A program made the position numbers and the translations under genes. A model generated the notes under the pieces. The model made no database searches. It was not told where the DNA came from and saw only the letters and a program-made list of their open reading frames with translations. From positions 1-30,216 of IMG/VR virus record IMGVR_UViG_3300038461_000310: 30,216 nucleotides of DNA. One strand, 5' to 3'. This document shows, piece after piece, positions 26,169 through 30,216 of the stretch. Origin of the DNA: a virus (Duplodnaviria > Caudoviricetes). Every line of letters begins with the position of its first letter. Within the stretch, counting starts at the first letter, position 1.

Positions 26169-26978
26169 ATGCGTAGAACGGTGCCGATAGAAAAGGTGAG
26201 AAAACTTTCTGATTCCGGTTTGTGTGCTAAAGAAATCGCTGACAAACTCGGATTTAATCCGCACACTATTCACCGTATCGGCAGAGAACACGGCTTTGTC
26301 GTTGCTCGCTCCACGGTCGTTTCTTTCACAAAAGAATCGTTGGATAACGAGTACAGACGGTATAAGACCGTCCATGAAATCGCCCGCCGACATAATGTGA
26401 GTAACGCCACCATTCTTCGACACATGAAGATCCTTGGTATCAAATCCAACAGGAAGTTGGTTTCCTTCACCGAGGAGGAGTTGCAAAGGGAATACAGCCA
26501 AACTCGCTCTTCGTTGAAGATCTCTCGTAAATTTGGAGTGAGTAAAATCACCGTGCTTCGATGGATGAGAAAGTTCGGCATCGGGCGAAAGGTCAGGGTT
26601 GCCCCCGTAGAACAGGTTAGAGAACTTTCGCTGAAAGGTCTTTCTGCATCCGAAATCGCAGCCGAGATCGGATTTACGGCCAATTATATTTGTGAGCTTG
26701 GCAGAAGAGAGAACATTCTCATCCCGGACAAGTTCCATCCGGGATACGCCTTTAAACACAAATATATCATGGTCCGAAAGCCCGATCATCCTTTTGCGGA
26801 TTGCAAAGGATACGTTATGGCGCATCGGCTTGTCATGGAAACGAAGCTCGGTAGGTATCTCACGCCCGACGAGGTTGTCCATCATATCAACGGAATCACT
26901 ACGGATAACCGTCCTGAGAACTTGCAGGTGATGGACAGGTCCTCTCACTCCAAAATCCCCAAATTCCGGAGTCATTAA
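26169..26978 (+). CDS. Intron-encoded HNH homing endonuclease with ~4 N-terminal HTH repeats, 269 aa
   Basis: HTH-like units (AKEIADKLGFNPHTI, VHEIARRHNVSNATI, SLKISRKFGVSKITV, ASEIAAEIGFTANYI); HNH_3-like 'AHRLVMETKLGRYL...VVHHING...DNRPENL'; lies exactly within the P8 loop. Confidence 0.9.
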   Translation: MRRTVPIEKVRKLSDSGLCAKEIADKLGFNPHTIHRIGREHGFVVARSTVVSFTKESLDNEYRRYKTVHEIARRHNVSNATILRHMKILGIKSNRKLVSFTEEELQREYSQTRSSLKISRKFGVSKITVLRWMRKFGIGRKVRVAPVEQVRELSLKGLSASEIAAEIGFTANYICELGRRENILIPDKFHPGYAFKHKYIMVRKPDHPFADCKGYVMAHRLVMETKLGRYLTPDEVVHHINGITTDNRPENLQVMDRSSHSKIPKFRSH

Positions 26979-27208
26979 AGCAAAAAGTCCCGCGCTCGTG
27001 GAGATTTCTTCCGGTCTGGAATACTTTCTCTGGTCGTTGAACCTTCCACTCATTCCTGAGAGGCTTGGCTGCTGATAACCCATTGTTTCATCCGCCAACT
27101 TTTCAAGCTCTTGACGTACACCGTCACCGGTCCCGCTTTGGCATGGCGGCTTTAGGGTGTTCCAGCAATTCACGGGATTTAACGAGGGCGAAATCATTAT
27201 TTTAAATC

Positions 27209-27361
27209 ACCCTCGTAATTCGTGTTGGAGATATGGGTGAGGACGGTCGCGGCGTACCATCTTTTGACGAGCTGGGTGGACCACTTGGCGGGAACAAATT
27301 TGCTTAAACTGGTCGGCCCATAATCCGGATAGCCTACTGATCTGACAAACGATGTCGGCAT
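27209..27361 (-). CDS. Major capsid protein, exon 1 (51 aa)
   Basis: AAGGAG RBS, ATG at 27361; MPTSFVRSVGYPDYGPTSLSKFVPAKWSTQLVKRWYAATVLTHISNTNYEG matches the capsid N-terminal 'F.P..WS..L' motif; missed by the ORF track. Confidence 0.9.
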
Positions 27362-27377
27362 GAACTACTCCTTTCTT

Positions 27378-28460
27378 TTATTCACTGGGCCCGGAATCCA
27401 ATATTTTCCAGAGCTCGGCTTGGCGTTTGTCTGCTTCTTTATCTCTGCCTTCCCAGAGTCCCCGGCCAATCTCGCTGGCGAGCTTTTCCAGGTCCTCTTT
27501 GGCCTTCTTGACATCTTCCACTGTGATCTTTTTGGATCCAAGATCTTGCCTGTTGGCGGCCCCGCTTCCCGCGGGAGCGCCCAGGCGCCGTTCGAGCTTT
27601 TCTTTGTTGGGGGACGACTTGAGCTTGTCGGGGATAGGTGCTTTCGTGAAGGCGTCGAGGTACTTCAGAACTCTTCCGGCATTCAGCTTCTTGAACGCTT
27701 CGGTTAGAAAGTCATACCGGGTGTACCCGGACATTCCTTCCTCTTCGTTCAGAAACTCTCCAAATTTGGGGTCAACCCGGATCTGTTCGTAATTCGGGAA
27801 TTTCTCAAAGATGGAGTTCCAGAAGATTTCCTCTCGGCTCATCCCGATAGACTTGGTGACTTCCCCTCTGAGGTTTTTGATTTCTTCCTCATGCTCGGTC
27901 TTGATCGTCCCGACGGTCTCTTCCATGGCGCCCAAGAGCTTCTCGTAGACTTCCGGTGTGAACTCGTCCTGGAGAGCCTTCATCTTGGGATTGTCCCGGA
28001 GAGACTTTTTCTGTTGGGGCTCAGGCTTCTTAGCCTGAAGCATCTGGATCTGCTCCCGCAGAAGATTGTTTTGCTCCACGAGGCCGTTGACCTGGGTTCG
28101 GAGGTCGGGGCCGCGCTCCTTATCGTACTTCCCTTTGAGCACGTTGAATTGGTGCTGGAGGTCTTCGAAGTCTTTCTTGGGGACGGTTTCCCCTACATGG
28201 GATTCCGCTTCCAGCCTTTGCCTTTCGGATTCCTCTTCTTCGGCCTTGAGATCCTCGACGGTCTTACCCGTCTTCTCGGCCTCAACTTCCAGGCGTTGCT
28301 TCTCGGCTTCTTCTTCGGCCTTCAGCTCCTCTTCGCTTTTCTCTCCTTCCTTCCGGTTCCAGTTCTTTTCGGTGTCCTCGACCTGCTGGCGAATCGGGCC
28401 GGGCAGGGGTAGAGCAAATCTTTCTTCTGTGCTTACGGGTGCGGGAGTTGCCATTTTCAT
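27378..28460 (-). CDS. Capsid scaffolding protein, 360 aa
   Basis: Glu/Lys-rich coiled coil with 'FNVLKGKYDKE'; directly upstream of the capsid gene; AAGGAG RBS. Confidence 0.75.
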   Translation of the reverse strand: MKMATPAPVSTEERFALPLPGPIRQQVEDTEKNWNRKEGEKSEEELKAEEEAEKQRLEVEAEKTGKTVEDLKAEEEESERQRLEAESHVGETVPKKDFEDLQHQFNVLKGKYDKERGPDLRTQVNGLVEQNNLLREQIQMLQAKKPEPQQKKSLRDNPKMKALQDEFTPEVYEKLLGAMEETVGTIKTEHEEEIKNLRGEVTKSIGMSREEIFWNSIFEKFPNYEQIRVDPKFGEFLNEEEGMSGYTRYDFLTEAFKKLNAGRVLKYLDAFTKAPIPDKLKSSPNKEKLERRLGAPAGSGAANRQDLGSKKITVEDVKKAKEDLEKLASEIGRGLWEGRDKEADKRQAELWKILDSGPSE

Positions 28461-28469
28461 TTCTCCTTT

Positions 28470-28551
28470 GGGAGCCGACTTTACGGTCTTCCCTTTTTTT
28501 ATTTTTGCGAGCCTGCCCGGGGAGCCATTCGGTATTCCCCGCGGTCTTCGC
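28470..28551 (-). promoter_or_regulatory. Structured leader of the scaffold gene: two hairpins with three copies of a GA-A(G/U)A-CC / GG-C-UC internal loop
   Basis: GCGAAGACC-G-CGGGGAAUACC-GAAU-GGCUCCCCG-GGCA-GGCUCGC (28551-28507) and GGGAAGACCG-UAAAGU-CGGCUCCC (28493-28470), ending 3 nt before the GGAG. Confidence 0.6.
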
Positions 28552-28568
28552 TTATTTCAGGCCCCACT

Positions 28569-28829
28569 TTAGAGAATCTGGGGAGACCTGTCAACGAATT
28601 TATTATTCCCGGCCTGGTCAATGTCTCTCAATAATTGCCTTGCGTTGTCGATGGTATCGATGATCTGCACAAGCTGATAAGCCATGCCTCTCGAAACTCC
28701 GCTGTCGGGGATTTCGAGAGAAGGCTTGAGGCTGTCCTTGAGCCATTTCCGAATGGTGGGCCATGCATCCCCCCCTTCGGTGTTCAGCTTATTGAATGCG
28801 ACCAAAACTTCGCGGGTTGGGTCGATCAT
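28569..28829 (-). CDS. Small conserved-position head-module protein, 86 aa
   Basis: Start revised to ATG 28829 with GGGAG RBS; helical 'W..IRKWL...RGMAYQL..II..I' pattern typical of small genes between portal and scaffold. Confidence 0.6.
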   Translation of the reverse strand: MIDPTREVLVAFNKLNTEGGDAWPTIRKWLKDSLKPSLEIPDSGVSRGMAYQLVQIIDTIDNARQLLRDIDQAGNNKFVDRSPQIL

Positions 28830-28921
28830 CTTTTCTCCCTTAAAAAATCTTCTTCTGACGTGCGATGTCATAAACTCCGATTGATGGGCCAGGGGCCCCA
28901 GGCCACGGAGAAATGAGTCCG

Positions 28922-29134
28922 TCAAGGTCCGTCCATGTCCCCGTTCCCGCTGATCGTCCCGCCGCCTCCTCCCGTACCGCAGACCCATGTATTCGTGGAG
29001 GTCTGCCAGGTGGGCACTTGGCCATTGGTACATCCCGAAGGAAGCTGCCCCGGGTAAACGATAACCCCCGCTGCCCAAGCCGGGGATGCAGTGAACAGGA
29101 GCAGGGCCAAAATTAAGAATATCCCCTTTTTCAT
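28922..29134 (-). CDS. Small protein with signal peptide (70 aa), possibly a truncated or frameshifted gene extending to 28840
   Basis: GGAGG RBS; MKKGIFLILALLLFTASPAWA signal peptide; C-x17-C module and Gly linker. Confidence 0.6.
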   Translation of the reverse strand: MKKGIFLILALLLFTASPAWAAGVIVYPGQLPSGCTNGQVPTWQTSTNTWVCGTGGGGGTISGNGDMDGP

Positions 29135-29136
29135 TT

Positions 29137-29514
29137 CTACCTCCCGCTCTGATAGAAAGCGTCTGGCCGGTAAACGATATCCACCGTCACGCTCCCGATC
29201 AGGCCGCTCACTCCATCAAGAACGACCGTGGCCGTTTCCTGCTCGACCAACGGGGCCTCTTCGGTCGGATAGATGGTGTAGTAATAAATCCCCGATCCGG
29301 ACTTGACGAGGGCGCCTTGCGACATCAGCGCAATTCCGTCTTTGTTGTAAAGCGTCACGGTGGCCGAAGGGTTGTTCGTCCAGACGGGGATGCCGACGTA
29401 AAGGCAGATGACATCACCGAAAAACACTCCGGCGTTTTGACTGATCTTGAGCGAAGTAGCTGTTAGGCTGCTCGCCGTGAAAGGAAGAACGATGCGTGGC
29501 ACCTGTTTGGCCAT
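29137..29514 (-). CDS. Hypothetical beta-rich virion protein, 125 aa
   Basis: Start revised to ATG 29514 (GGAGG RBS, just after the portal stop). Confidence 0.6.
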   Translation of the reverse strand: MAKQVPRIVLPFTASSLTATSLKISQNAGVFFGDVICLYVGIPVWTNNPSATVTLYNKDGIALMSQGALVKSGSGIYYYTIYPTEEAPLVEQETATVVLDGVSGLIGSVTVDIVYRPDAFYQSGR

Positions 29515-29515
29515 C

Positions 29516-30216
29516 TTACCCTCCTTGTTGTGCTGGCCCCGTCGGGGCTGTTCTCGTATCCACTCCCTGCGTCGGGTTGCCCGCGGCATCAAGCCGTTGT
29601 TCTCCCGGTGCGGGAGCGTGTTCCTTTTCCGCTCCCGGCAAAGGCTTCACCATATCCTCTTCCGGAATCAGCTTGTCAACGTCCAGGTGCATCCTTTTTG
29701 CCGTCTCCTGCTGGAGGTATCTCCGCCCCTGCATCCCCTGGATCTGAGCATCAATCGGGTTTGCGGTAGTCCGCATGAACTCCGTCAGGCGTATGGCCTC
29801 TTGCTCTTTTGCCATCACTATCTGAGATCCTCGGGCCACGATCTTCACGTCCCCGATATATTCAAGGGCATCGTCCAGATCGAAGTTGTCCCAATAGAGC
29901 GCCATGATCGAGGGCTGGATGATGTACTCGTCAAACTCCCCCATCACGTCCTCGATGCCCACGCTCGCCGTCCCCAGGAACATGGAGAGTCCGGAAGCCG
30001 TCGTCGTTGCCCCGCCGCCACTCCTCTCCCCATGGGCTGCTCCCATGACCCCCGACCCGGAATCGGTATCGTCCTTAAAGGACTTGAAAACCGTCAAAAG
30101 CTCTTGAGCATGCATTTCGGGCTGGTAGAATTCCAGGAGCTTCTGATCCCCTGTCTGAAAGAGCTTGCGGACGAAGGGCCAAATCTTCCAAGGAGTGATC
30201 TTCGTGGGAGGGGCGC
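29516..30216 (-). CDS. Portal protein, C-terminal part (5' end outside window)
   Basis: Frame is open to the window edge (...ITPWKIWPF...LEFYQPEMHAQELL); 'TASGLSM' and 'GDVKIVARGS' are podovirus-type portal motifs; synteny. Confidence 0.8.
   Translation of the reverse strand, partial: APPTKITPWKIWPFVRKLFQTGDQKLLEFYQPEMHAQELLTVFKSFKDDTDSGSGVMGAAHGERSGGGATTTASGLSMFLGTASVGIEDVMGEFDEYIIQPSIMALYWDNFDLDDALEYIGDVKIVARGSQIVMAKEQEAIRLTEFMRTTANPIDAQIQGMQGRRYLQQETAKRMHLDVDKLIPEEDMVKPLPGAEKEHAPAPGEQRLDAAGNPTQGVDTRTAPTGPAQQGG

Larger units (their letters stand above)
26052..27208 (-). ncRNA. Group I self-splicing intron (1157 nt, IA-like) in the major capsid gene
   Basis: 5' exon ends in U and intron ends in G. 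P1 ACGAGGGU/GCCCUCGU; P AAUUGCUGGAA (27170-27160); Q UAUCAGCAGCC (27077-27067); R GUUCAACGACCAGA (~27042-27029); S AAGAUAUAGUCUG (26124-26112); P3 UCCCGUG/CGCGGGA; P8 CUUUUUGCUU/AAGCAAAAAG; P9 CUGUGUU-GAAA-GACACAG. Removal restores the reading frame NYEG|DIKG. Confidence 0.93.

Noticed and set aside
25203-27197. 664-aa ORF as the true major capsid protein, or as an intein-containing capsid
   Set aside because: Its first 382 aa are intron and antisense-HNH sequence. The real capsid N-terminus is at 27361 in another frame, no intein terminal motifs are present, and group I RNA elements explain the insert.
1-30216. Diversity-generating retroelement, integrase/att site, tRNA genes or stop-codon recoding
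   Set aside because: I saw no reverse transcriptase, template/variable repeat pair, integrase or tRNA fold. Genes tile the window under the standard code.

Overview
This window is the virion-morphogenesis region of a tailed dsDNA phage or prophage with a podovirus-like gene order. Almost all genes lie on the minus strand and are tightly packed. In transcription order (high to low coordinates) they are: portal (partial), small genes, scaffold, major capsid protein, decoration protein, a poly-Ser protein, head-tail adaptor, a block of 4 glycosyltransferases and 3 methyltransferases, a large poly-Ser/LamG appendage protein, an FN3 protein, tail proteins, ejection proteins and a 2074-aa polyvalent protein. 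Two things stand out. (1) The capsid gene is split by a 1157-nt group I intron (26052-27208). Its P8 loop carries an HTH-HNH endonuclease in antisense orientation with its own apparently leaderless sigma70-type promoter. (2) Three different predicted virion proteins carry codon-scrambled poly-serine tracts and flank the GT/MT block, which suggests a phage-encoded virion O-glycosylation system. I also noticed a thrice-repeated RNA internal-loop motif in the scaffold leader. All product calls come from motif recognition and synteny by eye; no database searches were run.
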